The notes below the pieces were generated by a model. The model saw only the letters and a program-made list of their open reading frames with translations, searched no databases and was not told the origin of the DNA. A program made the position numbers and the translations under genes. This document shows, piece by piece, positions 1-9,496 of a stretch of 24,000 nt of DNA. How positions within the stretch are numbered: position 1 is the first letter of the stretch; each line of letters opens with the position of its first letter. The stretch is from Corynebacterium macginleyi (lineage in GTDB: Bacteria; Actinomycetota; Actinomycetes; Mycobacteriales; Mycobacteriaceae). The stretch lies in NCBI RefSeq assembly GCF_003688935.1, contig NZ_REGE01000005.1, positions 81,867 to 105,866 of the forward strand, in the 5' to 3' direction.

Positions 1-1592
1 TATCCCAATGCCGCAAGCTGCAGCTTCGCCGCCTCTGGTGAAAGTTTCAGCTCATCGGCGGACATGGTGACCACGGAATTTAGCAGCGGGCGATAAAACA
101 GGCGCGAGTGCAACTCTGAAATGCGCATCCTGATGCGCCGCAAATGCGCAAGCATCCCCTGCACCGCAGACTTAGTGCCCTGCGGCGAAAATCCAGAAAT
201 CACCGCGAGCCAGTTAAGGCCCGCTTCATCCTCGTCTGCCGGCAGCGTATGCGTGCGGCGGAAACGCTCCAATTGCAGGCGATGTTCTAAAAGGCGCAGG
301 AATTCATAGGCCTCGATGAGCTGCGTGCCATCTTCGCGTCCTACGTAGCCGGCGGAGATAAGGGCGCCTAGGGCATCCACTGTCGACAGCGCGCGCAGGG
401 ATTCATCGGAGCGGCCGTGCACCAATTGCAGCAATTGCACCGCAAATTCGATATCGCGCAGCCCGCCGACCCCCAGCTTGAGCTCGCGGTGTTTGAGCTC
501 ATCCGGCACATTATCTAAAACGCGCCGGCGCATGGCCTGGACGTCTTCCACGAAGGAATCACGCTGCGAGGCCGTCCACACCATCGGTTGGATCTGATCC
601 AGGTAATCCTGCCCCAGCGGCAGGTAGCCGGTCATCGCCCGCGCTTTGAGCAGGGCCTGAAATTCCCAGGTTTCTGCCCATCTGCGGTAATACGTCACGT
701 GCGAATCTAGTGTGCGCACCAGCGCGCCAGACTTGCCCTCGGGCCGAAGGTTCGCATCGACATCAAAAAATGTCGTGGACCCAATCCGGTTAAACTCCGC
801 GGCTAGACGGGTAGCCTTGGGCGTTGCCTTGCTGCCGACGAAGATAACGTCCACATCAGAAATATAGTTAAGCTCGCCGGCACCGCACTTGCCCATCGCC
901 ATGACCGCAAGCTGTGCATCGAGCGGATCGTCGCCGTAGATCTTGCGCACCGCGACAGCGAGAGAGGCGGTAAGGGCGGCATCGGCAAGCGCTGTAGTCA
1001 GCGTGGTGACCTGCCGGAAACTTAATTCCGGCTGCGGGCGGGATCGCCGCTTGCGGGAGTGAAAGGTCCCCGCCACATCGTGCGCGGCAAGGCGCATCAT
1101 CAGCGTGCGGTACTGGGTCCGCATCTCCTCTTTATGCTCGCCTTTACTCGCGCGGTACGTACCCGGCGCGCTGAGATCGTCTCTCGCCGGATCGGGAACA
1201 TCGAGCTCTGCAGCAAACCTTGCTGGTTGCGCGCCGACCACCTCAAGCAGGCTGGTAAACATCTCTTCAGGCTCCGGAAGCGGCTTTTTCAGCTCTGCCC
1301 ACAGCTCTGGGTGGGCAGCGAGGTGATCCCCAAAGGCCGTTGACGCACCCAAGAGTGCGAGAAGGCGCACCCGCACCTGCTCATTACTGCGGATTTCGGC
1401 ATCGAGCTCCGGGGCCTGCTCGTAAATGCGCACGAGGTTGTTGAGTGCCAAATCTGGATCACCAACCGCAGCCAGGGTCCATAAAAGGTCAACGGACTCC
1501 AGATTATTCCATCCCAATTGTTCTAAGTCTTGTGCAGCATGGGCCCGGCTAAGGCCCAACGAGGCCGGTGACGGCACCGTGTCGGGACGCAT
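1..1592 (-). CDS. glnE: Glutamine synthetase adenylyltransferase GlnE, N-terminal part (runs off the left edge of the window)
   Basis: Absent from the ORF track because it stays open to position 1. My minus-strand translation from the ATG at 1592-1590 gives MRPDTVPSPASLGLSRAHAAQDLEQLGWNN... An AGGAGA SD overlaps the glnA2 stop. The translation contains the nucleotidyltransferase signature AMGKCGAGELNYISDVDVIF (about 900-841), in frame with that start. It lies 7 nt downstream of glnA2, the operon order known in Corynebacterium and Mycobacterium. Confidence 0.9.
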   Translation of the reverse strand, partial: MRPDTVPSPASLGLSRAHAAQDLEQLGWNNLESVDLLWTLAAVGDPDLALNNLVRIYEQAPELDAEIRSNEQVRVRLLALLGASTAFGDHLAAHPELWAELKKPLPEPEEMFTSLLEVVGAQPARFAAELDVPDPARDDLSAPGTYRASKGEHKEEMRTQYRTLMMRLAAHDVAGTFHSRKRRSRPQPELSFRQVTTLTTALADAALTASLAVAVRKIYGDDPLDAQLAVMAMGKCGAGELNYISDVDVIFVGSKATPKATRLAAEFNRIGSTTFFDVDANLRPEGKSGALVRTLDSHVTYYRRWAETWEFQALLKARAMTGYLPLGQDYLDQIQPMVWTASQRDSFVEDVQAMRRRVLDNVPDELKHRELKLGVGGLRDIEFAVQLLQLVHGRSDESLRALSTVDALGALISAGYVGREDGTQLIEAYEFLRLLEHRLQLERFRRTHTLPADEDEAGLNWLAVISGFSPQGTKSAVQGMLAHLRRIRMRISELHSRLFYRPLLNSVVTMSADELKLSPEAAKLQLAALG

Positions 1593-1599
1593 TATTCTC

Positions 1600-2937
1600 C
1601 TAGAAATTCAGGTTGTTGCGCAGCTCGACTGCAGTAATTTGGCGCTGATACTCGCGCCATTCTTCCCATTTGGCGCGCAAAAAGAACTCGAAGACGCGCT
1701 CGCCCAAGACCTCCGCCATGAATTCGGACTTTTCAAATTCACGCAGGGCTTGGTCCATGCTGGAGGGAAGATCCTTATACCCCATGGCGCGGCGTTCGCG
1801 GTGGGTGAGCTGGTGGACATCATCTTCTGCAGGATCGTCTAATTCATAGCCTTCCCGGATACCCCGCAGCCCAGCGGCGAGGATGACCGCATAGCCCAAG
1901 TATGGGTTCATGGAGGCATCGATGGATCTGATCTCCACCCGTCGCGATTCCTCCTTAGTCAGGCGGTACGTCGGCACGCGCACTAGGGCAGAACGGTTCT
2001 GCACGCCCCATGTGGCCGTCCCCGGCGCCTCATTGCCAAACATCAGCCTCTTATAAGAGTTGGGCCATTGGTTGATAATCGGACTCATCTCTGTAGAGTG
2101 CTCCAAAATTCCGGCGATGAATTGCTTGGCGGTGCGTGAGAGCGAAAATTCATCATCCGGGTCATGAAAAGCGTTGGACTGGCCTTCAAAAAGGCTAAAG
2201 TGCGTGTGCATTCCAGAGCCCGGAAGATCCTCAAACGGTTTAGGCATAAACGTCGCCCGCACATTTGAATCCGTAGCTACCTGCTTAATAACCCTCCGGA
2301 AGGTCATAATATTATCCGCCATGGTCAGCACATCGGCGTGGCGAAGATCGATTTCCTGCTGACCCGGCGCGGTCTCGTGGTGGCTAAATTCGGTGGCGAT
2401 GCCGAGCGATTCCAACGCCAACATCGCGCGGCGGCGAAAAAGCGGCGCGGTATCATGCGTCGCTTGATCGAAATACCCCCCGTTATCGGTAGGTACCAGG
2501 TCTGTCAGCTCCCGGCTATGTTCCAACAGATAGAACTCGATTTCTGGCGAGGCCATGCAGGTAAATCCATCCTTGGCCGCCTCCGTAACCTGGCGGCGCA
2601 GGATATGGCGCGGATCCACCACGGAGGGCTGGCCATCCGGCTGCGCAATATCGCAGAACATGCGCGCCGTTTGCAAATCCGGCTCGTTGTCATCAAAAGG
2701 CAGGATTTGGAAGGTGGAAGGATCCGGCAACGCGATAGTGTCCGATTCAGAGATACGGGAAAAACCCTCTACCGACGAGCCATCAAAGCCAACCCCCTCC
2801 TCAAAGGCGGATTCGAGTTCGGAGGGACTCATCACTACGGATTTGAGGGCGCCCATGATATCTGTAAACCACAAGCGGATAAAACGGATATCGCGTTCCT
2901 CAACGGTGCGTAAGACGAATTCGTGTTGGCTATTCAT
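1600..2937 (-). CDS. glnA2: Glutamine synthetase type I, GlnA2-type (445 aa)
   Basis: Full-length ORF with GS motifs GFDGSSVEGF, GSGMHTHFSLF and NPYLGYA. It sits immediately upstream of glnE. Confidence 0.93.
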   Translation of the reverse strand: MNSQHEFVLRTVEERDIRFIRLWFTDIMGALKSVVMSPSELESAFEEGVGFDGSSVEGFSRISESDTIALPDPSTFQILPFDDNEPDLQTARMFCDIAQPDGQPSVVDPRHILRRQVTEAAKDGFTCMASPEIEFYLLEHSRELTDLVPTDNGGYFDQATHDTAPLFRRRAMLALESLGIATEFSHHETAPGQQEIDLRHADVLTMADNIMTFRRVIKQVATDSNVRATFMPKPFEDLPGSGMHTHFSLFEGQSNAFHDPDDEFSLSRTAKQFIAGILEHSTEMSPIINQWPNSYKRLMFGNEAPGTATWGVQNRSALVRVPTYRLTKEESRRVEIRSIDASMNPYLGYAVILAAGLRGIREGYELDDPAEDDVHQLTHRERRAMGYKDLPSSMDQALREFEKSEFMAEVLGERVFEFFLRAKWEEWREYQRQITAVELRNNLNF

Positions 2938-3133
2938 GCCCTAAACCTTACCGGCTCACCGCTAAGCAGTGCGCAGTTCATTAGTCAATTTCCACATGGT
3001 CAGATTCGCAGGTCGCCAGAGTATTCAGGGGGTAACAAGCGGGGGTTAATGCAACAGGTATGCCGGCAGGCACATGCTTTGCTGGTGAGGCAAGCGAACA
3101 CCTGTACATGCTTTCTAAAGGAAGAACGCTACT

Positions 3134-4174
3134 ATGACCTCTCACGTCGATGAATTTTCTGCCAGCGCTATCGATGCCATCGTTACTGCCGCCCAATACG
3201 GGTGGTCCCCAGACGATTTACGCCACATTCTTGGTTCTTATTCCTATCCCCTCATCTACCGCGCCAGCCCTCACGTACCTGCCCGCATTACCTCACCTGC
3301 ACTCCGCAAAGCATGGTTGCAATTAGAAGCGCCGCAAGAAAATTTCGTTCCCCGCGATAAAATGCGCGCCATCATAAAAGAGCTGGTACATCTGCCGCGG
3401 TTGCGCGATACCGAGCTTTTAGCAGGCGGCGAGCTAAGCCAGGCCGAAAACTCTAGCGACCAGCAGGATAAACTCCGCCGCAAGGTCTTGGGGCTGCTGC
3501 GCAAAGCAGAATCCACGTCCTTTGTAGAAGAGGCAGAGGTACTCATTTCCAAGGCGCAATCGCTACAGCAAAAATACCGCATCGAAGATCTTTTAACCGT
3601 TGACCAGCCCCGCCTTATTTCCCACCGAGTGCACGTGCACCCGCCGTATATCAAGCACCAGGTCACCTTGTTGGGCACCATCGCCAATGCCAATGGCTGC
3701 ACCAGCCTACTCATCCACGAAAAGGGTCTGGCCTGCATCATCGGCGCACCCGAAGACGCTGCGCACTGCGCCGACTTGTTCTCCTCCTTGAACCGCCAAT
3801 GCGATTGGTACATGCGCAACAGTGAAGGTGCCGAATTTGCGCGCGTAACACAGACTACCGCTGCCTATCGACGCAGCTTCCGGCTTTCCTATGCCGCCCG
3901 TATCGGGGAACTGCTGCAGCTGGCCAATGAAGACGGTATTGAAGAAAAACTCGATGAATCCCCTTACTGCAGCCACCACGCAGAACTCATCGCCACCCAA
4001 ACGCTGCCCGCACTCCAAGCGCGCACCGATCATGCCGAGGAAACCCGAAACCGCCTATTTCCCAATCTGAGTACTTCTACGCTATCCATGAATAGCTTGC
4101 ATGGCATCACTGACGGTATCACGGCCGCGGATAAGTCTCACTTAGGCGGGTCTGCCATGGGCATCGATTCTTGA
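3134..4174 (+). CDS. Conserved actinobacterial hypothetical protein with a DUF2786-like helix
   Basis: 346-aa ORF with an AAGGAAG SD about 9 nt upstream of the ATG. The segment KLRRKVLGLLRKAESTSFVEEAEVLISKAQSLQQKY matches the DUF2786 pattern (K..LLakAEsT.f.eEAea...KAqeL) as I remember it. Confidence 0.65.
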   Translation: MTSHVDEFSASAIDAIVTAAQYGWSPDDLRHILGSYSYPLIYRASPHVPARITSPALRKAWLQLEAPQENFVPRDKMRAIIKELVHLPRLRDTELLAGGELSQAENSSDQQDKLRRKVLGLLRKAESTSFVEEAEVLISKAQSLQQKYRIEDLLTVDQPRLISHRVHVHPPYIKHQVTLLGTIANANGCTSLLIHEKGLACIIGAPEDAAHCADLFSSLNRQCDWYMRNSEGAEFARVTQTTAAYRRSFRLSYAARIGELLQLANEDGIEEKLDESPYCSHHAELIATQTLPALQARTDHAEETRNRLFPNLSTSTLSMNSLHGITDGITAADKSHLGGSAMGIDS

Positions 4175-4300
4175 TACCGGCGGCCCTTGCTCCGTAGCTT
4201 CCTCTGTCTGCTTTCAGTCCATGGTTTTGGTAGCGCATTTCTACCTGTACGCACAGCAAACGCTGCGAAATTTTTTAAGGCGGTGGCTGCGCCTCACGGG

Positions 4301-4306
4301 TAGAAT
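4301..4306 (+). promoter_or_regulatory. Candidate -10 box TAGAAT upstream of the CYTH/CHAD gene
   Basis: GGGTAGAATCG lies 43 nt upstream of the ATG at 4349. I see no clear -35, which is common in Corynebacterium. Pattern match only. Confidence 0.3.
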
Positions 4307-4348
4307 CGCAGATGAAATTAATTGTTGTAAAAGCTTAAGGGTACGTGA

Positions 4349-6070
4349 ATGTCAACACAGACTTTTCTGGAAGTAGAAGCGAAATTCGCCGTAGCGGAAT
4401 CGACTCAACTGCCTGAACTTACTCGACTCGAATCCGTTGACCATATTGCAGAAACACGCCATCACGCTCTATCTGCTATTTATTACGACACGGAAGATTT
4501 GCGCCTGACACACGCCAAAATCACCTTGCGCCGCCGCACCGGCGGCAATGACGATGGCTGGCACATCAAGATCCCAAGCGAGAGTGGACGCACCGAGATC
4601 CACGCCGAACTGGGAGAACCGGTAGACGGCAAATACGAAGTACCCCAAGAACTTGTGCAGCAGGTGCGCTCTGTCGTTCGCCACAACGAGTTAAACCCCA
4701 TCGCGCAGGTGGATAATAACCGCACCGAGATACTGCTTGCGGACGAGCAGAACAATCCGGTCGCAGAATTCTGCGATGACCACGTCACCGCCTTTTCTTT
4801 TCTGCCCGGCGGGCAGCAGCAATCCTGGCGCGAATGGGAAATGGAACTCGCCGGTGAGCTTCCAGGTACGGAAGAAGGAAGCCACTTTATACGCCGCGCC
4901 ACATCCCTTCTCATCGGCGCTGGGGCTCGCGTTTCTTCGTCCCCGTCTAAGCTAACGACGGCCTTGGGCGATTCTTACAGCAATGCTCCCCTTCCGCCTG
5001 CGCTAATCACCCCAGATGTTGAGAAGGATTCCCCAGCAGCCGCGGTGATTGCAGCGCTGCAGGCCAACCGCGACAAGCTCATCGATTACGATCCGCGCGT
5101 TCGCCGCGATGAATGGGACTCGGTGCACCAAATGCGCGTGGCCACCCGTGAGCTGCGCAGCCACCTACAGACTTTTCACGGCATTGTCGTCGGCCCGCAG
5201 ATCGAGAAAATCGAAGCCGATCTCAAGGAGCTCGCCAACATTTTGGGCGTTGCCCGCGATGCGGAGGTCGTCGAAGAGCGCTGGCTAGAGCTCTTGGAAT
5301 CCGAGGATTCCGATACCTTGGATGCCGCCACTCGCGAGCACATCTCCCGCGATATGGCAACCGCCTACCGGCGGGCACACCGGAGGATTATCGCCGCACT
5401 AAATTCTGAGGAATACCTCGAATTACTCGAGTCCCTTGACCGCCTGCTGGCGAATCCCCCTACTGCCGGTTCCCAGTCCGCAGAAGATACCGACGGTACT
5501 GATGATTGCGTTGCCGTTGACCCGACCGGGGCTGCAGTCGATAATCCAGCCGAAGATGGCGCGGACACGAACGCGGCAGAGGAGGAATCTAACGCTGAAA
5601 CGGGCGATACGCAGACCGAGGACGTCGATGTCGTCATGGCGCGCCACCTAGAAAAGGCCTACAATAAGCTGGTCAAGCGGCATAAGAAGGCCGTGGACAA
5701 CTGGAATAACGCGGAGCTGTCGCTACAGGAGCGCGAGAATTACTTCCACGATATGCGCAAGGCTGCGAAGAAATTGCGTTACGCAGCAGAGGCAGCCGGT
5801 TCAGCAACGAAACTAAAGACCAAGCGCCTGTATAAGAGCTGCAAAAAGATGCAATCGGTTTTGGGGGATTTTCAAGACTCGGTGACCTCGCGGGATAAAT
5901 TGCTAGAACTGGCCCGCAATGCTCACCGCCGCGGGGAAGATACCTTCGGCTACGGCCTGCTGTACCAGCGCGAACGCGCTATCAGCCTGGCTGCCTTAGA
6001 GGATTACACTGAATCCTTCAAAGACATCGAGGCCGCGTTTAAACCGCTGCGCAAAAAGCTGAAGAAATAG
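4349..6070 (+). CDS. CYTH (triphosphate tunnel metalloenzyme) plus CHAD domain protein (573 aa)
   Basis: The N-terminus carries the ExExK signature (FLEVEAKFAV) and YYDTEDLRL...ITLRRRTGGNDDGWHIKIP. The C-terminal half has CHAD-type helices (VHQMRVATRELRSHLQTF, FHDMRKAAKKLRYAAE). Confidence 0.88.
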   Translation: MSTQTFLEVEAKFAVAESTQLPELTRLESVDHIAETRHHALSAIYYDTEDLRLTHAKITLRRRTGGNDDGWHIKIPSESGRTEIHAELGEPVDGKYEVPQELVQQVRSVVRHNELNPIAQVDNNRTEILLADEQNNPVAEFCDDHVTAFSFLPGGQQQSWREWEMELAGELPGTEEGSHFIRRATSLLIGAGARVSSSPSKLTTALGDSYSNAPLPPALITPDVEKDSPAAAVIAALQANRDKLIDYDPRVRRDEWDSVHQMRVATRELRSHLQTFHGIVVGPQIEKIEADLKELANILGVARDAEVVEERWLELLESEDSDTLDAATREHISRDMATAYRRAHRRIIAALNSEEYLELLESLDRLLANPPTAGSQSAEDTDGTDDCVAVDPTGAAVDNPAEDGADTNAAEEESNAETGDTQTEDVDVVMARHLEKAYNKLVKRHKKAVDNWNNAELSLQERENYFHDMRKAAKKLRYAAEAAGSATKLKTKRLYKSCKKMQSVLGDFQDSVTSRDKLLELARNAHRRGEDTFGYGLLYQRERAISLAALEDYTESFKDIEAAFKPLRKKLKK

Positions 6071-6129
6071 CGCGGCTGGGACACCGGCCCTGCCGAGCTG
6101 GGCGATTTCAGGTGATGGTCCGAAAACAA

Positions 6130-6324
6130 CTACTCCCAGCCATCATCTTCTTTATCTGCTGCATCGGCTGCCTTGGTGCGAGCGCGCGCAATTTCTATGG
6201 CGCGCTCGGCCTCTTCACGGGTGTCATAGGGCCCCATGCGGTTCTCCCAGCCGGATACTTTGCCCCTGCTGACTTTTTTGGTGGAAGGGTCGTAATACCA
6301 CTTCTCATCTGCTGTAATCGCCAC
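6130..6324 (-). CDS. Small conserved hypothetical protein (about 64 aa from a GTG start; the track ORF extends to 6411)
   Basis: The ORF track gives 6130..6411. I prefer the GTG at 6324-6322 because an AAAGGGA SD lies 5 nt upstream and the upstream extension (MLVHGYCGYPPQTGGAH...) looks non-native. The core sequence is EKWYYDPSTKKVSRGKVSGWENRMGPYDTREEAERAIEIA. The start choice is uncertain. Confidence 0.6.
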   Translation of the reverse strand: MAITADEKWYYDPSTKKVSRGKVSGWENRMGPYDTREEAERAIEIARARTKAADAADKEDDGWE

Positions 6325-6574
6325 GGTAGTCCCTTTCGTCTCTATGATTTTGGGCAGCACGTGTGCCCCGCCTGTCTGTGGTGGGTACCCACAATACCCA
6401 TGTACGAGCACACGCGCCCGCTAGAATATGAGGTCAGTATTTCTTCTGATTCCTCCCGTGCACCGTCAAATAGGGCAAGGGAGCCGCTTTATCGGCTACT
6501 TTGTCCGTGGCGCTAGCCCCGCCACGTAGCCGCGTGTTTTTATCTGCCGAATTGAAAAAGGAGCTTTTGCCTTC

Positions 6575-7849
6575 ATGCCACTGTGGTCGACGCCAGAGTC
6601 CCCTATTGCCGCGCGTGTTGCACAACAACACGCCTCTATCGTGGGAACTGACCCCACCCATACCGCCAGCGCACCCGGGACCTGGCCGCTCATGGGTGAG
6701 CATATCGATCATTATGGCGGCATCGTTGCCGCAAGCTTGTCGGATCTGCGCGCGGCGGCGGCCGTCAGCTTACGCACAGACGGCATCGTGGCTGTCCACT
6801 ACATTCCGACTAGGGGGGAGCCTGTGCACGATTCCATTGGCCTCCAGGAGGTGGCTACGCTCGCAGCGGCGCAACAACCCACAACGGACTCAGAAGGGCA
6901 ACCGGTCATCCCGCCTGCACCTGAAGGTGGTCTAGCCGCGCGCATCGGCGGCATCGTGCACACCATGATTAACCGCCAATTACTATCCCGGGAGACGGCA
7001 GGGGCAGATATCACGATCGTGAACGATATCCCCGCCGATATCGGCTTGGGCGCTGCATCGGCGGCGGATGTTGCCACAGCGCTTGCATTAATGGGCCCGG
7101 TCGATAACCTCGATGCGCCCTTGCGCGTGCGCGTTGCGGAAGTCTGCACTCAGGCTGTGACCACTTTTGCTCATCAGCCAGCTCTTCGCGCGCGTCACAC
7201 TGCCGCGCTGCGCAGCAGTGGTGACGGCGTGTGCATCATCGACTATGCCGATGGATCAGTCACCCACGCGCCCCACGTCGTGGACCAAGACGTAACGGCC
7301 TTTGCCGTGGCGGTACCCGGGGGCAATGCGGAAGAGCAATCACAGGCGATTAGTGCTATCCGCCAGCGCCAGCAATTTATTGATGACGCCTGCCATTCCT
7401 TCGGCACGGAGTCGCTGCGCCTATTGCCCGATGCGCAACAGCGGGTGGTGGAGTGGCTCAAGGCAGTGCACAAGGTCTACGGCGAAGACGGGCGCCCCAG
7501 CATCACAGCGGCTACCGAGTGGATGGCATTTTATGCTGAGGAAAACACGCGTGTGGAGCACTTCGTGCGTTATCTGCGCTCACACCGCCGCAATGAACTC
7601 TTCCCCATTGTGTTGCAATCACAGGCCTCGCTAACCAATATTTATGGCTTTGATTCCGCGGAAAAGATCGCGGAGTTAGTCACAGTCCGCGGCGCGCTCG
7701 CCGCGCGCTCGGCGCACGCAGGGCTATCCAATGCCGTTATCGCCTATGTCCCGAGCAATCGCGCGACAAACTTCGCAGCGGACCTAGCAGACGATGGTTT
7801 CTTGCTGGTGACATTGGCCGCGGGCGAGCCCGCGAAGATAGAAGATTAG
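6575..7849 (+). CDS. GHMP-kinase-fold, galactokinase-like protein with degenerate catalytic motifs (424 aa)
   Basis: The N-terminal galactokinase signature is recognisable: APGTWPLMGEHIDHYGG, compared with the canonical APGRVNLIGEHTDYNGG. GHMP motif II is degenerate: IPADIGLGAASAA instead of P.G.GLSSSAA. Confidence 0.75.
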   Translation: MPLWSTPESPIAARVAQQHASIVGTDPTHTASAPGTWPLMGEHIDHYGGIVAASLSDLRAAAAVSLRTDGIVAVHYIPTRGEPVHDSIGLQEVATLAAAQQPTTDSEGQPVIPPAPEGGLAARIGGIVHTMINRQLLSRETAGADITIVNDIPADIGLGAASAADVATALALMGPVDNLDAPLRVRVAEVCTQAVTTFAHQPALRARHTAALRSSGDGVCIIDYADGSVTHAPHVVDQDVTAFAVAVPGGNAEEQSQAISAIRQRQQFIDDACHSFGTESLRLLPDAQQRVVEWLKAVHKVYGEDGRPSITAATEWMAFYAEENTRVEHFVRYLRSHRRNELFPIVLQSQASLTNIYGFDSAEKIAELVTVRGALAARSAHAGLSNAVIAYVPSNRATNFAADLADDGFLLVTLAAGEPAKIED

Positions 7850-7861
7850 AGGATTAGAGGA

Positions 7862-8322
7862 GCGAATGAGCCGACCTATAAGCCGGATTCTGTCTAACCG
7901 CGGCACCCCAGCCAGTGAGGATACCGCGCGGCGATCATCCATCTAGACCAACCGTTGCCAGTTGGTTCCAGCAGCTACCTTCAGGCTCGAGCGAGCAGCC
8001 TTAAAACGCCTGATCGGGCCCTGCAACGTGGCAGGGCCGTGATGCCTTGCTCCCGGTGGGGTTTACCCAGCCACCGCCATCACTGACGATGCTGGTGCGC
8101 TCTTAACGCACCGTTTCACCCTTACCTTGTGTCCCCAACTTGGGCCGAAACGCAAGTGGAGGCACAAGGCGGTCTACTTTCTGTTGCACTTGCCCGCGGG
8201 TCACCCCGGGTTGCCGTTAGCAACCACCGTGCTCTGTGGAGTCCGGACTTTCCTCGGCGCCCACGTAGCAGCATTCATGCTGCCCGTTTGCGGCGACGCG
8301 ATCGCCCGGCCGGCTCATTCGC
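7862..8322 (-). ncRNA. rnpB: RNase P RNA, bacterial type A
   Basis: The minus strand reads GCGAAUGAGCCGGCC...GAGGAAAGUCCGGACUCCACAGAGCA...GGUAAGGGUGAAACGGUGCGUUAAGAGCGCACC...ACAGAAUCCGGCUUAUAGGUCGGCUCAUUCGC. The universally conserved P4/CR-I (GAGGAAAGUCCGG), CR-IV/V (ACAGAA.CCGGCUUA) and GGUAAGGGUGAAA.GGUGCGGUAAGAGCGCACC blocks are all present. The 5' and 3' ends pair over about 15 bp to form P1. Confidence 0.95.
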
Positions 8323-8329
8323 GCTACCT

Positions 8330-8335
8330 AGTCTA
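8330..8335 (-). promoter_or_regulatory. Candidate -10 box TAGACT for rnpB, overlapping the stop codon of the upstream gene
   Basis: The minus strand reads ...CTACGCTAGACTaggtagcG, so TAGACT ends 7 nt before the first P1 nucleotide (8322). Its TAG is the stop codon of the RNase H/phosphatase CDS. The -35 is poor. Confidence 0.35.
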
Positions 8336-9496
8336 GCGTAGCCCTTCCAGGTGTCCCACATCGTTGAATCCATGCACCATAGAACCACCGTCCCAGAACT
8401 CGACCTCTGAGAGCGCAGCCAGATCCAAAAACAGGTGGTGGAAGGTGGCCGGACCAGCATTCAGAGCCTGGCAAAGGAAGGATTTGATGGGGTTGACATG
8501 GCTGACAATCAGTACCGTCTTGCCGCTATAGCGCCACTGCAATTCCTTGCGGGCAGCACGCACGCGACGATTGACGGCCTGCAGCGATTCCCCGCCGGGA
8601 CATGGTGCGGCGGCATCGTGCAACCACTGCTCGTGGATCTCTGGGTCGCTCTGGCGTGCTTCGGCCGCAGTCTTTCCTTCCCACTCGCCAAAGTCCACTT
8701 CACGAAGGTTTTCTTCGGTAACGACGTCGATATCGCGACCATGTGCAACGGCGGCCGCCATATCCTGGCAGCGTTGTAACGGCGAGCACACGATGGCGTC
8801 AATAGTGGTACCGACAAGCGCCTGTGCCGCGGCGAGCGTCTGCTTTTTGCCTAGTTCAGTAAGACCTGGATTGGTGAGCCCAGAATATTGCTTGGCTGCA
8901 GACATCTCGGTCTGCCCATGTCGCAGCAGAATGAATCGCGTTGTATCGCCGCGATCGCCCAGCCAGTCGGCAGGGTGTGGCGCGGTGGTATCCCACTCCT
9001 GCTCGCCCTCGACCGGCATAGGCGCGGCAGGCATGGACTCGGCAGGCTCATCGGTATCGCTCTTAACGATGCCCACCGTGTGGCCTGCCGCGGCCGCGTC
9101 CATAGCATCGTTGGATAGCGCGTCCGCCACCTTATTTTTCGCGCGCGGCACCCACTCGAGACTGAAAGAAGAAAATCCATCGATATGCGTGCGCGCCTGC
9201 AGGGCCAACTTTTGCATATCGGGGTGTTTAATTTTCCAACGCCCGTTAATCTGCTCCACAACGAGCTTGGAATCCATATAGAATTCCACCTCGCTGGCAC
9301 CGAGCTCAGAGGCGGCCTCGAGCCCACGCAATAAGCCGTGGTACTCGGCCACATTATTAGTGGCTTTGGTTCCTACCACATAGACAATTTCGCGCAGGAT
9401 AGTTGTGCCATCTGCGTCATAAAGGACGGTGCCTGCCCCGGCTACTCCCGGGTTGCCGCGCGAGCCACCATCGGCATAGATGATGACCTTCATCAT
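8333..9496 (-). CDS. Bifunctional RNase HI / histidine-phosphatase (CobC-like acid phosphatase) protein, Rv2228c-type
   Basis: The N-terminal domain is RNase HI: MMKVIIYADGGSRGNPG, NNVAEY, MDSKLVV, NKVADALSN. The C-terminal domain is a phosphoglycerate-mutase-family phosphatase: RFILLRHGQT...LIVSHVNPIK. I place the start at the ATG at 9496, which forms an ATGA overlap with the upstream stop. The track ORF start at 9532 would overlap the upstream gene by 40 nt. Confidence 0.9.
   Translation of the reverse strand: MMKVIIYADGGSRGNPGVAGAGTVLYDADGTTILREIVYVVGTKATNNVAEYHGLLRGLEAASELGASEVEFYMDSKLVVEQINGRWKIKHPDMQKLALQARTHIDGFSSFSLEWVPRAKNKVADALSNDAMDAAAAGHTVGIVKSDTDEPAESMPAAPMPVEGEQEWDTTAPHPADWLGDRGDTTRFILLRHGQTEMSAAKQYSGLTNPGLTELGKKQTLAAAQALVGTTIDAIVCSPLQRCQDMAAAVAHGRDIDVVTEENLREVDFGEWEGKTAAEARQSDPEIHEQWLHDAAAPCPGGESLQAVNRRVRAARKELQWRYSGKTVLIVSHVNPIKSFLCQALNAGPATFHHLFLDLAALSEVEFWDGGSMVHGFNDVGHLEGLR

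Noticed and set aside
8127-8341. Two overlapping 69-70-aa ORFs on the + strand
   Set aside because: They lie entirely within, and antisense to, the RNase P RNA gene, whose conserved motifs account for this sequence.
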